DNA of 64,000 nucleotides from Syntrophales bacterium (GTDB taxonomy: Bacteria; Desulfobacterota; Syntrophia; Syntrophales; PHBD01): assembly GCA_963668175.1 (NCBI GenBank), contig OY764159.1, positions 2,688,001 through 2,752,000 of the forward strand, read 5' to 3'. Under the pieces are notes generated by a model. It was given only the letters and a program-made list of their open reading frames with translations. It had not been told where the DNA came from and did not search any database. This document shows positions 40,538-51,128 of the stretch, one piece after another; the stretch's first letter is position 1, and every line of letters begins with the position of its first letter. The translations under genes were made by a program, and so were the position numbers.

Positions 40538-42103
40538 TCATTGTCCAATTGAAATCTGAATGGTCTGTATATCGTCCATGCTTTTGATGGCTGTCTTCGC
40601 GTCGGATTCAGCCTTTGCTTCGACCGCTAGTCTCGTGCTTTTATCGCCGATATTGAAAGATTTTATCGCCTTGTCTTTCTCCGCCTGGCTGCATGCAAAA
40701 ACGCACCAGGAAACTTTCTCCGCGGCCTTGCGGGCGATGACGCCGACGGCCGTCTCAATCAGCTTCGCGAGGGCTTCGTTATTGAGGGAGATCCAACTTG
40801 CGCCGCGAATGATTTGTCCGGTCGCGGTTGCAGCAAGGGATTCCGACAGATCGGCGTATTCGTTTACCGAAGCAAATTGTGCGGCTTCGATGATCTTACC
40901 GTCGTAACACTGAAAATCCGGATATTTATCAAATTGGCCAGCCTTTTTCGCTTTACAGGCGGTTGAGGTTGCATCAGCGGGCAACTGACCCAACGTATCG
41001 CCAAAAGCCTCTAAAAAGACTCTGACGACATCTGCACCCACCTGCGTAAAATCGATTTTCGCAGCCTGCAATCCGGTGTCCGAGAACGGGTCGATGGTTA
41101 TGGAAACTCCGGGGAATGCATATTTTGTCCCGCCGCGCGTGACAAACCCGCCATCCGTTGCCTTCGTCAGGAGATGGTATGTGTCGCCTTTTTCGGGTTT
41201 CAGGCCGATGATTGAATTCATCAGCTTAACGGCGAGTTTCTCCGCCAGCGCTTCGTCGGTGATTTTAAGTTTATCCTTGAGATCCTTTATCAGTTTGGCC
41301 TTGGTCGTCGTCGCATCGAAATCGATACTGACAAAATTGCCGTTTGAAAAATAGGCGGCGAGGTAGGCTTCAACGATCGTTAACTGAGCGACGGAAGATT
41401 GCATAACCGCTATTTCTCGCAGGTCGTCCGAGGATTTCACGGATTGCTTTCTCTTGTCTTCGAGTTGTCCTTGAAAGTGAAAGCGAAGCGAGGTCCAACC
41501 ATTAAAGTTTGTCGCCTGGTGAATGGATTTTGCGTATTGGCCTATTTCATGCCTGCTGATCGTCAGTGGCTCATTATCCGGTGGCGGGTCCTGAACTCCG
41601 GTCGCTATCTCGTAAAGATCCTTCAACTTGCCGGAAGTTGGATCTGTCAGAACGTCGCCAGCAAAAACGGCGGCCTTTGCGGTTTGTTCATTAGAGACAA
41701 AATCGAAAGGCAGCTTTCTGCCGGTTATGGCAAAGCCCTTTCTGGAATCGGCAACAGCCGCTCCCTTCTTAATAGTATCCGCCGTGACAGGATATTTCTT
41801 CATCAAAGACTTTAAGGTATTCGCCTCATCCTTAGGACTAATTCTGCTGCCGGAAGGCGCTGCGAGGGTGAACATTCTGGTTTTGTCATTCGCTGGGCAC
41901 ATGCCGCCGGGTTTACCCACGCAGTCGATGACCTGAGGCAATTTGTTTATGTAAGCGGTCAGATTGGTGGGGGCAGGCCGGGATGAAATGTAGTCTTGCG
42001 TTTGCATCACGAATGTCGAGCATGCCGACAACGACAAAGACGCCGTCAACAGCAGCGCCCAACGGGCAACTGAGAACAAGAATATTTTGCTTCGCTTCAT
42101 CAT
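40538..42103 (-). CDS. Large hypothetical lipoprotein
   Basis: Lipobox LSAC; AAGGAG RBS before 42103. Confidence 0.75.
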   Translation of the reverse strand: MMKRSKIFLFSVARWALLLTASLSLSACSTFVMQTQDYISSRPAPTNLTAYINKLPQVIDCVGKPGGMCPANDKTRMFTLAAPSGSRISPKDEANTLKSLMKKYPVTADTIKKGAAVADSRKGFAITGRKLPFDFVSNEQTAKAAVFAGDVLTDPTSGKLKDLYEIATGVQDPPPDNEPLTISRHEIGQYAKSIHQATNFNGWTSLRFHFQGQLEDKRKQSVKSSDDLREIAVMQSSVAQLTIVEAYLAAYFSNGNFVSIDFDATTTKAKLIKDLKDKLKITDEALAEKLAVKLMNSIIGLKPEKGDTYHLLTKATDGGFVTRGGTKYAFPGVSITIDPFSDTGLQAAKIDFTQVGADVVRVFLEAFGDTLGQLPADATSTACKAKKAGQFDKYPDFQCYDGKIIEAAQFASVNEYADLSESLAATATGQIIRGASWISLNNEALAKLIETAVGVIARKAAEKVSWCVFACSQAEKDKAIKSFNIGDKSTRLAVEAKAESDAKTAIKSMDDIQTIQISIGQ

Positions 42104-42495
42104 GATTCTCCTTTCTGTTGTTACTGCCGTATTATTTCTGTTCAAGCCGGACACGATCATGGAAAATGTGTCGTGCGGCTTTACACACAATACGTGCCTC
42201 CGCGTCGGGAAGCGCAGGGAAAGGAACAAGCCCGAACAGACTACGCTACAAGAGTTGGAAACGTAACAATAATACGAGTGACTTGAAAGGAATGGTGCGA
42301 CCGGAAAAAAGATTCTCGAACTGCCTAGCGAGAGTAGATAAATAGGGTAAATATAAAGCATCGGCAGTGCTTATAAGTCAAGATATATTATGGTTATATT
42401 ATGTTATAGATATAAGTATAACGCCCGATATTCTGGGCGGTCCGTTCCGCATCCTGCCGGGCCGGCATGAGGCATGCCATACAAAGACCATCGCG

Positions 42496-43305
42496 TCATT
42501 CGGAAGAAGATTTGGTCGCTTGTTTCAAGAGTTTATTGCACTCGTTGCCGAATGGAACGGGTGCCCATGCGGGAATCCTCGCCGCGTCTTTCGCGGCCTG
42601 TGCGTCCAGGTCCTTCCAGACGGCGGAAGTATTCGGCACGAAGCGGGACAGCTTGGCCGCGGCGATTCTTTTATTTTCCTGAATCTCTTTGAGATAGATG
42701 CTGGATGGATTCTTGTTCTTCAATCGAATCGAGACCGTCTCCAGCCATTTATAGGCCTCTTTCAGCCTTCCAACGTCGGCGGGCCCTTCCATCAGAACCT
42801 GCGCCAGATTCTCCAAGGCATGATCGTCGCCGTTCATGGCGGCCGCCCGGTACCAATACTCGGCCTTCCTGAGATCCTTCCGGACCTTCTTTTCATAGCC
42901 GCGGAAATTGAAATAAATATCTCCCAAGGTGCTCTGGGCGGAAACATTGCCCTGTTCCGCCGACGCATTCAACAGCCGCATGCCTTCATCCACATTGCCA
43001 TCCGATCGGACGACCATCCAGTAGCCTTTAATATGCCGGGCTTCCGGGTGGCCGTAGAAGGCCGCCTTGTCTTCCCAGTACTTGTATTTCTCCTGATTCT
43101 TCAGATAATGAACGGCGATGCACCAGCAGGCCGTTCCGTCGCCGTTTTCCGCCCTGCGTGTAAGTTCCTGCAACTGTTCGCGATTCAGATGGAAGTCGGG
43201 ATTATCCACCGGCTCGAACGTGACGGCCTCGTAGACCGCCATAATCGCGAATACCAAAACAACCGCCGCAGTAATCATCTTCAGCCATTTTGGCGACATA
43301 TTCAT
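42496..43305 (-). CDS. Sel1-repeat protein
   Basis: SAEQGN..AQ..LG..Y and A..WYR.AA..G repeats; N-terminal TM. Confidence 0.85.
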   Translation of the reverse strand: MNMSPKWLKMITAAVVLVFAIMAVYEAVTFEPVDNPDFHLNREQLQELTRRAENGDGTACWCIAVHYLKNQEKYKYWEDKAAFYGHPEARHIKGYWMVVRSDGNVDEGMRLLNASAEQGNVSAQSTLGDIYFNFRGYEKKVRKDLRKAEYWYRAAAMNGDDHALENLAQVLMEGPADVGRLKEAYKWLETVSIRLKNKNPSSIYLKEIQENKRIAAAKLSRFVPNTSAVWKDLDAQAAKDAARIPAWAPVPFGNECNKLLKQATKSSSE

Positions 43306-43371
43306 ATATCCGCATCCCTATAAGTGCAGCCTTCTATTCCGGTGCTGAAAAAATGTCATGGCGGAACATAT

Positions 43372-43893
43372 TCACATCTCCCTCGCGATGGCGTGGAGCG
43401 GCCTGCGCGGCGTGGCGCGGGGTCTATCCGCGCCGTGTCCGACGGGCAGCAGGGCGACGGGGATGCGGTCGTCGGCGATCCCCAGGGCGGCCTTGACGGC
43501 ATCGTCGTCGTAGGCCCCGACCCAGGTCGCAGCCAGGCCCAGGGCCGCGACGGCCATCATGGCGAAGGTGCAGGCGATGGTCGCATCCTGAATGGCGTAG
43601 AGGCGCGTGCCGCGCGCGCCGTAGCGCACGGACGAAACGGAAGGCAGTCCCACGAAGGCCAAAACGACCGGCGCCTGGGCGACAAAATGCTGCCCGTAGG
43701 CGGCTGCGGCGAGGAACATTTTGACGGCATCGTCCGTGACGACGATCACCTCGTAGGCCTGGAGGTTCCCGGCGGATGGCGCCGTGCGGACGGCTTCCAG
43801 TATCTGACGGATCTCGTTATCGCCGACCGGCTCCGGGCGGAAAGAACGGACGGAATGCCGCTTTTCGCAAAGCTTCATGAACGATGCATACAT
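43372..43893 (-). CDS. Nitroreductase family protein
   Basis: R.SVRSF, APSAGNLQ, LGL...WVG. Confidence 0.92.
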   Translation of the reverse strand: MYASFMKLCEKRHSVRSFRPEPVGDNEIRQILEAVRTAPSAGNLQAYEVIVVTDDAVKMFLAAAAYGQHFVAQAPVVLAFVGLPSVSSVRYGARGTRLYAIQDATIACTFAMMAVAALGLAATWVGAYDDDAVKAALGIADDRIPVALLPVGHGADRPRATPRRPLHAIAREM

Positions 43894-43935
43894 GGTTCGA
43901 TCCTCCAAAACAGGGTTGGCGGAAACGGGCGCCTG

Positions 43936-44382
43936 TCAGGTTGCCGGAGCCGCCTCCGGCTTGTCCCCCTTATCGCCCCGCCTCGGGACAAAGACTTCCT
44001 TGATGCGCGGCCGCGTCAAATAATACAGCGACCAGACGGGAAGAGGAAAAATAAATACGGTGAAAAATAAAACGGCGCCAATGTTCCTTCCGTGGAAAAC
44101 CGCGGCTACGATAAAAAGAAAGACGTTGAACAAGCCGAAGATAGAGACCATGAACGAGTAGATCAGGGCGATCAACCGCGCCCAGTTTTTTGAGAACAGA
44201 AACCCTATCCCCGCCGCGAGGCCGGCAAGATTCATGAGGAAGGCGAGGGCAAAGGCATGATGCAAATGGGCGGGCAGGCCGGACCGCACATCTGCGAAGT
44301 GGAAAAGTATGATTACGGTACCGCTTCCCGGAATCAAAATATACGCAATCGCCGTATTCCTGATGCCCCTGTGACTCGTCAT
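43936..44382 (-). CDS. 4-TM hypothetical membrane protein (paralog of 44517..44981)
   Basis: GLAAGIG...KNWAR...IYS...VWSLYYL.RPRIK. Confidence 0.7.
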   Translation of the reverse strand: MTSHRGIRNTAIAYILIPGSGTVIILFHFADVRSGLPAHLHHAFALAFLMNLAGLAAGIGFLFSKNWARLIALIYSFMVSIFGLFNVFLFIVAAVFHGRNIGAVLFFTVFIFPLPVWSLYYLTRPRIKEVFVPRRGDKGDKPEAAPAT

Positions 44383-44516
44383 CGCTTCCCCCCGAAACGA
44401 TATTGCCGCGATTTGAAGCAGGCTGCGGGCCTGTTGGTCCTGACACGGTCTCCCGTCTTATTGCAGCGGCAAGCCCATAAGGCGAATCGGCATTTTAAGC
44501 CGGGGTATGTGGGCCG

Positions 44517-44981
44517 TCATGCCGTCGTGACGGGTTCATGCGGCTTATCCGCCGCCGCTTTCGGGACGAAAAGCCCTTTGATGCGCGGCCGTCGCAGGTA
44601 GTAAAGCGACCAGACGGCGAGCGCGAGATAGCAGGCGGCTTCAACCGCATCCGGTGCGGAAAATGTGTACGTGTATTTGCCCGATTTGACGGCCATGATC
44701 AGGATGGACGTGGCGCTGAAGCTCAAGAGCACCGTCGCGAGCGAATAGATGAGAACGAGTCTCCGCGCCCAGTTCTTCATGCGCAGAAGTCCGATCCCGG
44801 CCGCGAGGCCCGCAAGCTCGACAAATAGAACGAGAGCGGAGGCGAAAGGCTGGTCGGGAGGAAGAAGGGACCCGTTGCTTACGGATTCGGCGAGCATCGT
44901 GGCGATCTCGATAACCGAAACCAGGATGAAGAGGATCGCCGTGATCTTGATGCCCTTGGGCGCTGTCGCTGCCTTGTCCAT
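44517..44981 (-). CDS. 4-TM hypothetical membrane protein (paralog of 43936..44382)
   Basis: Same motifs as neighbour. Confidence 0.7.
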   Translation of the reverse strand: MDKAATAPKGIKITAILFILVSVIEIATMLAESVSNGSLLPPDQPFASALVLFVELAGLAAGIGLLRMKNWARRLVLIYSLATVLLSFSATSILIMAVKSGKYTYTFSAPDAVEAACYLALAVWSLYYLRRPRIKGLFVPKAAADKPHEPVTTA

Positions 44982-45184
44982 GATGTCCCGCTTCAGGTCC
45001 TGCCGGCCTCGTTGTGTGCAGATAGAGGGGAACCGCGTTTCTTAACGGCCCTGACCTATACTTGACTATGTATGCGGTGTCCAATAAAATCTTGTCCCGG
45101 CTGCCGGGCTCGCCTGCGAAGATGCGGAGGCCCTATACGACCGGCGGCGACGATAGCGGCTTGAAGGCTTCTCCTCCGGTCATG

Positions 45185-48100
45185 CTACGCCGGATTCGTG
45201 TTATTCCACGGCGGCGACGGCAGAGTAAAATAGAAGGTCGCTCCCTTTCCTTCCTGTCCTTCCGCCCAGACGCGGCCGCCATGGCGGTGCACGACGCGCG
45301 AGACGATGGCCAGCCCCACGCCGGTTCCTTCGTAATCCTCGGCGTTATGGAGGCGCTGGAATACCTGGAACAGGCTGTCGTGGTAGGACATATCGAAGCC
45401 GATGCCGTTGTCTTTCACGAAATAGACGATCTCGCCGCCCCGGACATCGCCCCCCACTTCGACAAGGGCGGGATCGCTCGTCTTCGTGTATTTGACGGCA
45501 TTGGCAAGGAGGTTCATCCAGGCCTGTCTGAGAAGCGTCGTGTCGCCGTAGCCGTCGGGCAGGCCGTTCATCGCGATGCGGATGTCCCTGTCCGCGTTCG
45601 CCGACGAGAGGTCTTTCCATAAATCGCCGACCAGGGCGTCCATGGCGATCCGCGAAAAGGACATCTTCGTTCTGCCCAGGCGGGACAGGGCCAGGAGATC
45701 CTCGATAAGCTGGCCCATCGTCCGGACATTCTCCCTGATGACACCGAACTTGCGGAGCGAATCGCCGTCTAATGACGGCCCGTGCTTCTTCATCAGCATC
45801 CTCGAGAAACCGTCGATGGCGCGGAGCGGCGCCCGCAGATCGTGGGAGACGGAGTAGCTGAAGCTCTCCAGCTCCCTGTTGGCTTCTTCGAGGGCGGATG
45901 CGTGTCTCTTGATCTCCTCTTCGGCCAGGGCGCGGTCGATGGTATCGGCGGCGTGGCGCGCCAGGAGATCGAGGAGCCGGGCCGTATGTTCGTCAAGGCG
46001 GTGCGGGGCCTTATGGTGCGTGGAGAACATGCCGAGGGGTTTCCCCGCGCGGCTGACGAGGGGCGTGGACTGGACGGCCCGGACACCGGCGCGCAGCTGG
46101 ATATCCAGGGCTTCGGTGCCGGCGAATATCGAACTCTTTTCGACATCCTCCACGACGACGCGCTCTCCGTTCCTGAGGGCCGTGCCACACGAGCCCCGGC
46201 CCTCGGAAACGCGGTTCCAGAAATCGAGCCACCACTGCGGGAACCCGCGATGGGCGACGATCTTCAGATCCTGCGTCCGCGGATCGAGGAGCTGGATGTT
46301 CCCGAAATCTGCTCCGGTAATGGCAATGGCCGCATCGACAATCTGGGTCAGGATGGCCTCCATGTTCCCTTCCTGCAGAAACAGGGAACCGAGTCTCTGC
46401 AGCCTGGTCATGACTTCCAAATCGGCGCGGAGCGTCTCCTCCGTCCGGACGTACTGTATCAGGTCGGCGGCCTGACGGGCGAGCAGGTCGATCCGCCAGA
46501 GGTCCCGGCCTCTTGGCTTGTGCGGAACGCCCCACTGGGCCGTGAGGATGCCCAGGAGCTCCCCGCCGCGGCCGATCAGGGGCGTGGACAGTACGGCCCG
46601 AACGCCCGCCTCGCGAAGAACCGGAAGCGACGGCGTCCCGGCAAAAAGGGCGCTTTCCTCCACATCGGGGACGATGACGCGTTTGCCGCTCGACAGGGCC
46701 TCGCCGCAGACCGAAGCCCGGTTCTCGGCGGAGGCGAAGAATTCCAGAAAAGGCTCCCGGTGGCCGTGGTGGGCCAGGATTCGGAGGCTGCGGTCTTCCA
46801 GGAGTTGCAGAGTGCCGCGGTCGGCCTTCAGGATAGCCACCGCCGCGTCCATCACTTCCTGGAGCTGCGGCTGCAGGCCCCCTTTGTCCATGAGCATCCC
46901 GCTCAATGCATGCATCCGGGTGAGGGCGGCCAGGTCTTCCTCCCTGCGTTCCTCGGCCTGTTTGCGGTCGGTGATGTCCAGCGTGACGCCGACGTAGCGG
47001 ATCAGCTTTCCTTCCCCGTCGAAGTAGGGCTGCGCGCGGTTGTACAGCCACCGCACATTGCCGTCCGGCCGGACGATCCGGTGCTCGATCTCGTAGAGCG
47101 AACCGCTTTGCATGGCGGCCGTGAACTTCCCATGCAGGGAGGCCGCGTCGTCGGGATGGATGTGTTTCGCAAGGAGCAGGTCGTACGGGGGCGACGGCCC
47201 CGCGGGATCGAGGCCGTAGATGCGGTACTCTTCCTCGGACCAGACCGTGGTCTGCGTGGCGGCTTCGTACTCGAACGTCCCGACGTGGCCGATTTTCTGG
47301 CCCTCCGAGAGGATGTTCTTCATCTTCTCCAGGGCTTCCCGCGCCTGCTTGCGTTCGGTGATGTCGCGGACGAAGCAGGTATTCACCCACCCGACGGGCA
47401 GTTCCCGGGCAAAGGCGGATATCTCCACGGGCAGAAGCGTTCCGTCTTTACGGCGCACTTCGATCTCGGCGGTGCTGCGGGAGGCCGCCCCGCCGGATAC
47501 CGCACGGGGGACGTCGATAAGTTCCTTCACGGCCGGCACATACTTCTCCGGAATGAGCGTTCCCAGGAAGGGCGCGCCCGTCGTCTCTTCCTTCGTGTAG
47601 CCGAAAAGCGTCCCGGCCCCGGAATTCCAGAGGATGATCCGGTTCTCCCGGTCGTAGGAAACGATCGCGTCCGTGGCCGCTTCGACCAGGGAGTAGAGGC
47701 TCGCCTCCGCCTCCAGGAAGAAGCCGGAGATCACGTCTTCCAGGGCCTGTCCTTTCCGTCTGCTTTGATGCATGGAGGCGAGAACGGCGGTCAGCGCAAA
47801 GACGGAGCCGATGTAATTGGTGATGCGCCCGGCCCAGCCGATGGGGCTGCCGACGCCCTTCTGGATGAAGAAGGCGAAGAGCCCGAAGGCCATCATGGCG
47901 AGACCCAGGGAATACCAGTAGAAGAAGACGGATTTCGTCTTCTGATAGTTGTCCATGAAGAAGACCGCGGAGAGGAGATAGAAGAAGATCGCGAGCCCCA
48001 GGACGACCTGTCTCAAGGCGGTCGGGCCTTGCCCCTGAACGAAAAAGAATGGAATCAGCCCTTCCAGGGTCGCGAACGTGAACAGGACGATGAAGGCGAA

Positions 48101-48556
48101 AATGGCCGTGTAGGCGGCGGTCACGGCCAGCCTCCCCGGGATGGACCGCCAATGGGTCTTTCCGGAGGAGCTGAAGAGAGCGCCGGCGATGTGAAAGAGC
48201 GCGCCGGCCAGGGCGCCCGTATTGTAGACGGTGACGTTGAGGTTCGCCCCGTTCTGGGCCGGTCTCAGCCAGCCCGCCATGGCCGCGCTGATGCCGAAGC
48301 TGAGCATGCCGCAGCCCATGAGAAAAATGCTCAGGGAGCTGTTTTTGATGAAGATCCGTGCCGCGAAGAAGGCGATGGCCACCGGGATGACGGCGGCGAA
48401 AAGCGTGTTGGTGACGGGGAGGAGGTACGGCGGCTCGAAGATGAAGCGGAAGTCGGCGATATAGAGGACGACGATGCAGACGACGGATGCAACGACGACA
48501 AACATGCCGATTCGTTTCGCATCATACAGCTCTATTGCCGCGGGTTTTTTCGACAT
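45185..48556 (-). CDS. Multi-sensor histidine kinase (MASE3-like membrane domain, PAS x2, GAF x2, HisKA, HATPase)
   Basis: ~7 N-terminal TMs, PAS DITERK motifs, two GAF repeats, SHDLRAPL H-box. Confidence 0.92.
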   Translation of the reverse strand: MSKKPAAIELYDAKRIGMFVVVASVVCIVVLYIADFRFIFEPPYLLPVTNTLFAAVIPVAIAFFAARIFIKNSSLSIFLMGCGMLSFGISAAMAGWLRPAQNGANLNVTVYNTGALAGALFHIAGALFSSSGKTHWRSIPGRLAVTAAYTAIFAFIVLFTFATLEGLIPFFFVQGQGPTALRQVVLGLAIFFYLLSAVFFMDNYQKTKSVFFYWYSLGLAMMAFGLFAFFIQKGVGSPIGWAGRITNYIGSVFALTAVLASMHQSRRKGQALEDVISGFFLEAEASLYSLVEAATDAIVSYDRENRIILWNSGAGTLFGYTKEETTGAPFLGTLIPEKYVPAVKELIDVPRAVSGGAASRSTAEIEVRRKDGTLLPVEISAFARELPVGWVNTCFVRDITERKQAREALEKMKNILSEGQKIGHVGTFEYEAATQTTVWSEEEYRIYGLDPAGPSPPYDLLLAKHIHPDDAASLHGKFTAAMQSGSLYEIEHRIVRPDGNVRWLYNRAQPYFDGEGKLIRYVGVTLDITDRKQAEERREEDLAALTRMHALSGMLMDKGGLQPQLQEVMDAAVAILKADRGTLQLLEDRSLRILAHHGHREPFLEFFASAENRASVCGEALSSGKRVIVPDVEESALFAGTPSLPVLREAGVRAVLSTPLIGRGGELLGILTAQWGVPHKPRGRDLWRIDLLARQAADLIQYVRTEETLRADLEVMTRLQRLGSLFLQEGNMEAILTQIVDAAIAITGADFGNIQLLDPRTQDLKIVAHRGFPQWWLDFWNRVSEGRGSCGTALRNGERVVVEDVEKSSIFAGTEALDIQLRAGVRAVQSTPLVSRAGKPLGMFSTHHKAPHRLDEHTARLLDLLARHAADTIDRALAEEEIKRHASALEEANRELESFSYSVSHDLRAPLRAIDGFSRMLMKKHGPSLDGDSLRKFGVIRENVRTMGQLIEDLLALSRLGRTKMSFSRIAMDALVGDLWKDLSSANADRDIRIAMNGLPDGYGDTTLLRQAWMNLLANAVKYTKTSDPALVEVGGDVRGGEIVYFVKDNGIGFDMSYHDSLFQVFQRLHNAEDYEGTGVGLAIVSRVVHRHGGRVWAEGQEGKGATFYFTLPSPPWNNTNPA

Positions 48557-48740
48557 GGCTCTTACGCTCGTATATGGGAAGTCGCTTGCCCAGATTAGAA
48601 CCGGAAGAGTTTCAATCGACCTTATGGATGGAATTCAACATATTTTCGGCTTGCCGTCAACTAAAGGTTTCGGAAGGAAACATGCGGATCGGGACGTTTT
48701 ATGCGGACGGTGCCAGGATACGGGTATCCTGCGGCGCAAT

Positions 48741-49646
48741 CTACGACGGGCGGCTCGCCCCCCGCTCCGCCCACGTGTGCGTTCCGAAGCGGCGGCACGA
48801 CTCGCTGGCGACGCCCGCGGCAAGCTCCAGGGACCGCGCGAAGTCCCCGTTCGTCCCGTAATAATGGCAGAAGGCCCCGTGGAGGACGTCCCCCGCGCCG
48901 AGGGTGTCCACGGCATCGACCTGCGGCACGGGTATCCGTTTCGCCGCGCCGTTTTCGGAGGCGAGGATCGGCTCCCCGTCGTGCGTGAACGCGACCTTCC
49001 CGATGCCCTGGCGGTGCAACTCCGCGATCGTTTCTTCCCTGCCGGGGAATCCGGGGATCCGGAACCGTTCGCTGCAGATGGCGACATCGACGAGGGGGAT
49101 CAGGCCGCCCGTCGTCTCCTTCCAGCTTCCGCCGTCGAAAACGATGACGGCCCCCTTGCGCTTCCAGCCTTCTATCCAGGCCAGCCGGCCGCCTTCCAAC
49201 TCGTAGCCGTCGACGAGGACCATGCCGGGCGCGGGGATGTCCGCCGGGTCGAAGGGGCATGATGCCGGATCGATGGCCCGCTTCGGCGTGTTGAGGATGG
49301 TCCGGGAGCCTTTGCCGGGGTTGACGACGATGGACGACATGGGCAGGTCGAAGGGCGCGTCCCCGGCGAGATCGAAGACGGCGAGGCCGTACCTGTTTTG
49401 GGCCTGCGCCTTGACGAGGGAGCCGAACACCCCGTTGCCGAACGCGGAGACGACCGTGCCTTTCCCGCCCAGAAGCGAGAACGTGACGGCGGCGTTCAGG
49501 GCCGTGCCGCCGGGCTGCAGGACGAACGCCTCGGAGAAGACCTTGTCGTTCTCCGCCGGGAAGTCCGCAACGACATAGGACAGATCGATCGTCGCCCTGC
49601 CGAAAAAGATGGTTTCCAAGATTTCCGCCTCGCCTGCCGTAATCAA
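48741..49646 (-). CDS. PfkB family carbohydrate kinase
   Basis: PGG.A.NAA, VDTLGAGD..HG. Confidence 0.9.
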   Translation of the reverse strand: MITAGEAEILETIFFGRATIDLSYVVADFPAENDKVFSEAFVLQPGGTALNAAVTFSLLGGKGTVVSAFGNGVFGSLVKAQAQNRYGLAVFDLAGDAPFDLPMSSIVVNPGKGSRTILNTPKRAIDPASCPFDPADIPAPGMVLVDGYELEGGRLAWIEGWKRKGAVIVFDGGSWKETTGGLIPLVDVAICSERFRIPGFPGREETIAELHRQGIGKVAFTHDGEPILASENGAAKRIPVPQVDAVDTLGAGDVLHGAFCHYYGTNGDFARSLELAAGVASESCRRFGTHTWAERGASRPS

Positions 49647-49953
49647 TCGACTATGGGCAAGATGTACCGCCTAAATCGCCCGGGCGCAAGGGAATAGTTG
49701 AGGCGGGCGGCGGGGCGTCGAACCGCGATGCCCTCTTGCAGATCGAATGTAACGCCGTGCATCGGAAGCCGGCGGACCGTTGTCTCAAGAGGAGCACCGA
49801 CGCGTTTTCGCTTGCCGGCATGCCGTCGCACATGGCCGTGAGGCGGACGCCGTTTTCGCCCGGGGGCAGGCCGTCGTGCCGGCAGCCGGTCAGGCGTCTC
49901 AAATTGCCGCCGCAGCGCGATAAACGGGGGGCCGCCGATAGAAGATGCCGTCC

Positions 49954-50526
49954 CTACCGTCTGGTGCTGGACCCGACCCCGACTCCCGGCATGACATACC
50001 ATGCGTCCGCGACGGTCAGATTCATTTTTTCCTGCACTTTTTCGCCGTCGACGATCAATGTCAGGAGGATGCCGTTCTCCCCGAACGGCAGGAAGTTCGG
50101 CTCCCACCAGCAGGCCCTCGGGTCGAGGCAGAACCAGAAGGCCATGGCGTTGGGGGAGAGGTTCCTCATGAATGTCCTGTTGCCGATGATCCTTTCGTTG
50201 CGCCTGGGGGCGTCACGGTTCCCGACGACGATTCCCTGGTAATAGAACCCGCCGTTGGTCGCGCCGTTGTGGATGAATTGGGTCCGGTTCCAGTCTATTT
50301 CGATATCGGCGTCGGTTTTGTTCTCGATGGTGAGAACGAGCGTCGTAAAGCCGCGGTACTCGACCATTTTGGTCCCGTTCCAGCTGGTGTAATCCGGAAC
50401 GATGGAGGCGTTGAATTGGGGTCTTGCGACAGCGGCCGCTTTTCTCGGATCGCTCCATTTGGTGGGCGCTTTCGTGCAGCCGAAGAGAACAAGAACGCAG
50501 AAGAGAGCAATCGATATTTTCTTCAT
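49954..50526 (-). CDS. Hypothetical lipoprotein
   Basis: Lipobox LFGC; IENKT...IEIDWN. Confidence 0.7.
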   Translation of the reverse strand: MKKISIALFCVLVLFGCTKAPTKWSDPRKAAAVARPQFNASIVPDYTSWNGTKMVEYRGFTTLVLTIENKTDADIEIDWNRTQFIHNGATNGGFYYQGIVVGNRDAPRRNERIIGNRTFMRNLSPNAMAFWFCLDPRACWWEPNFLPFGENGILLTLIVDGEKVQEKMNLTVADAWYVMPGVGVGSSTRR

Positions 50527-50591
50527 CTTCCCCCTCTTGGACGAATGCCGTTCACTTGCCGAGGCGGCAGCATTTCGTCGTATGATCAGAT

Positions 50592-50912
50592 TCACGGTTT
50601 CCGGGCTCGCGGGCTTTGGCGGGCGAGCCCCATGGCGCCCGCATGCCGCCGGAAAGCCCGGCCGCGAGCATCGTCAAGCCGCGGCATAATAGGGTATCGG
50701 GCGAATGGCCTCGTCATGGTCCTCGATAGCCTGCCGATATCGTGTCGGTCCGAAATAGGCGGTTCCCCGGGTTGCGTTTCTCCGGCGATATCTCCCGGAT
50801 TCGGCGTCTGCGGCGTTGTGCCGGCGGCGCTCACGACGGCGAGGGGACGGAAAAGGACGACAGGCGGAAAGATGAGGACGACAAAAAGAAAGGCGGCAGA
50901 GATGCGCTTCAT
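50592..50912 (-). CDS. Hypothetical exported protein
   Basis: Signal-like N-terminus; AAGGA RBS. Confidence 0.35.
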   Translation of the reverse strand: MKRISAAFLFVVLIFPPVVLFRPLAVVSAAGTTPQTPNPGDIAGETQPGEPPISDRHDIGRLSRTMTRPFARYPIMPRLDDARGRAFRRHAGAMGLARQSPRARKP

Positions 50913-51128
50913 GATCCGTTTGTCCTTCGTGGCGGTCTATATAGTCGTATGGCGGTGAATCGTGCGGAATTTAAGCGGAGATATAAAATAGCTGCGATTT
51001 AATGTCAATACTATATTGCTATATTTCATCATGAATATACACGAAATAGGAGCAATCCGGGCGGCGGACCGGGGGGCGTGCCGGGAGACAGGGTGCGGCG
51101 GCGGGGCGAACGAAATGCCCGCCTTCGT

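Noticed and set aside
45782..48598. Long antisense/alternative-frame ORFs (also 7316-8920, 17805-18914, 20669-22075, 24161-25657, 53388-54704, 60323-61759)
   Set aside because: Shadows of well-supported genes in GC-rich DNA; no motifs
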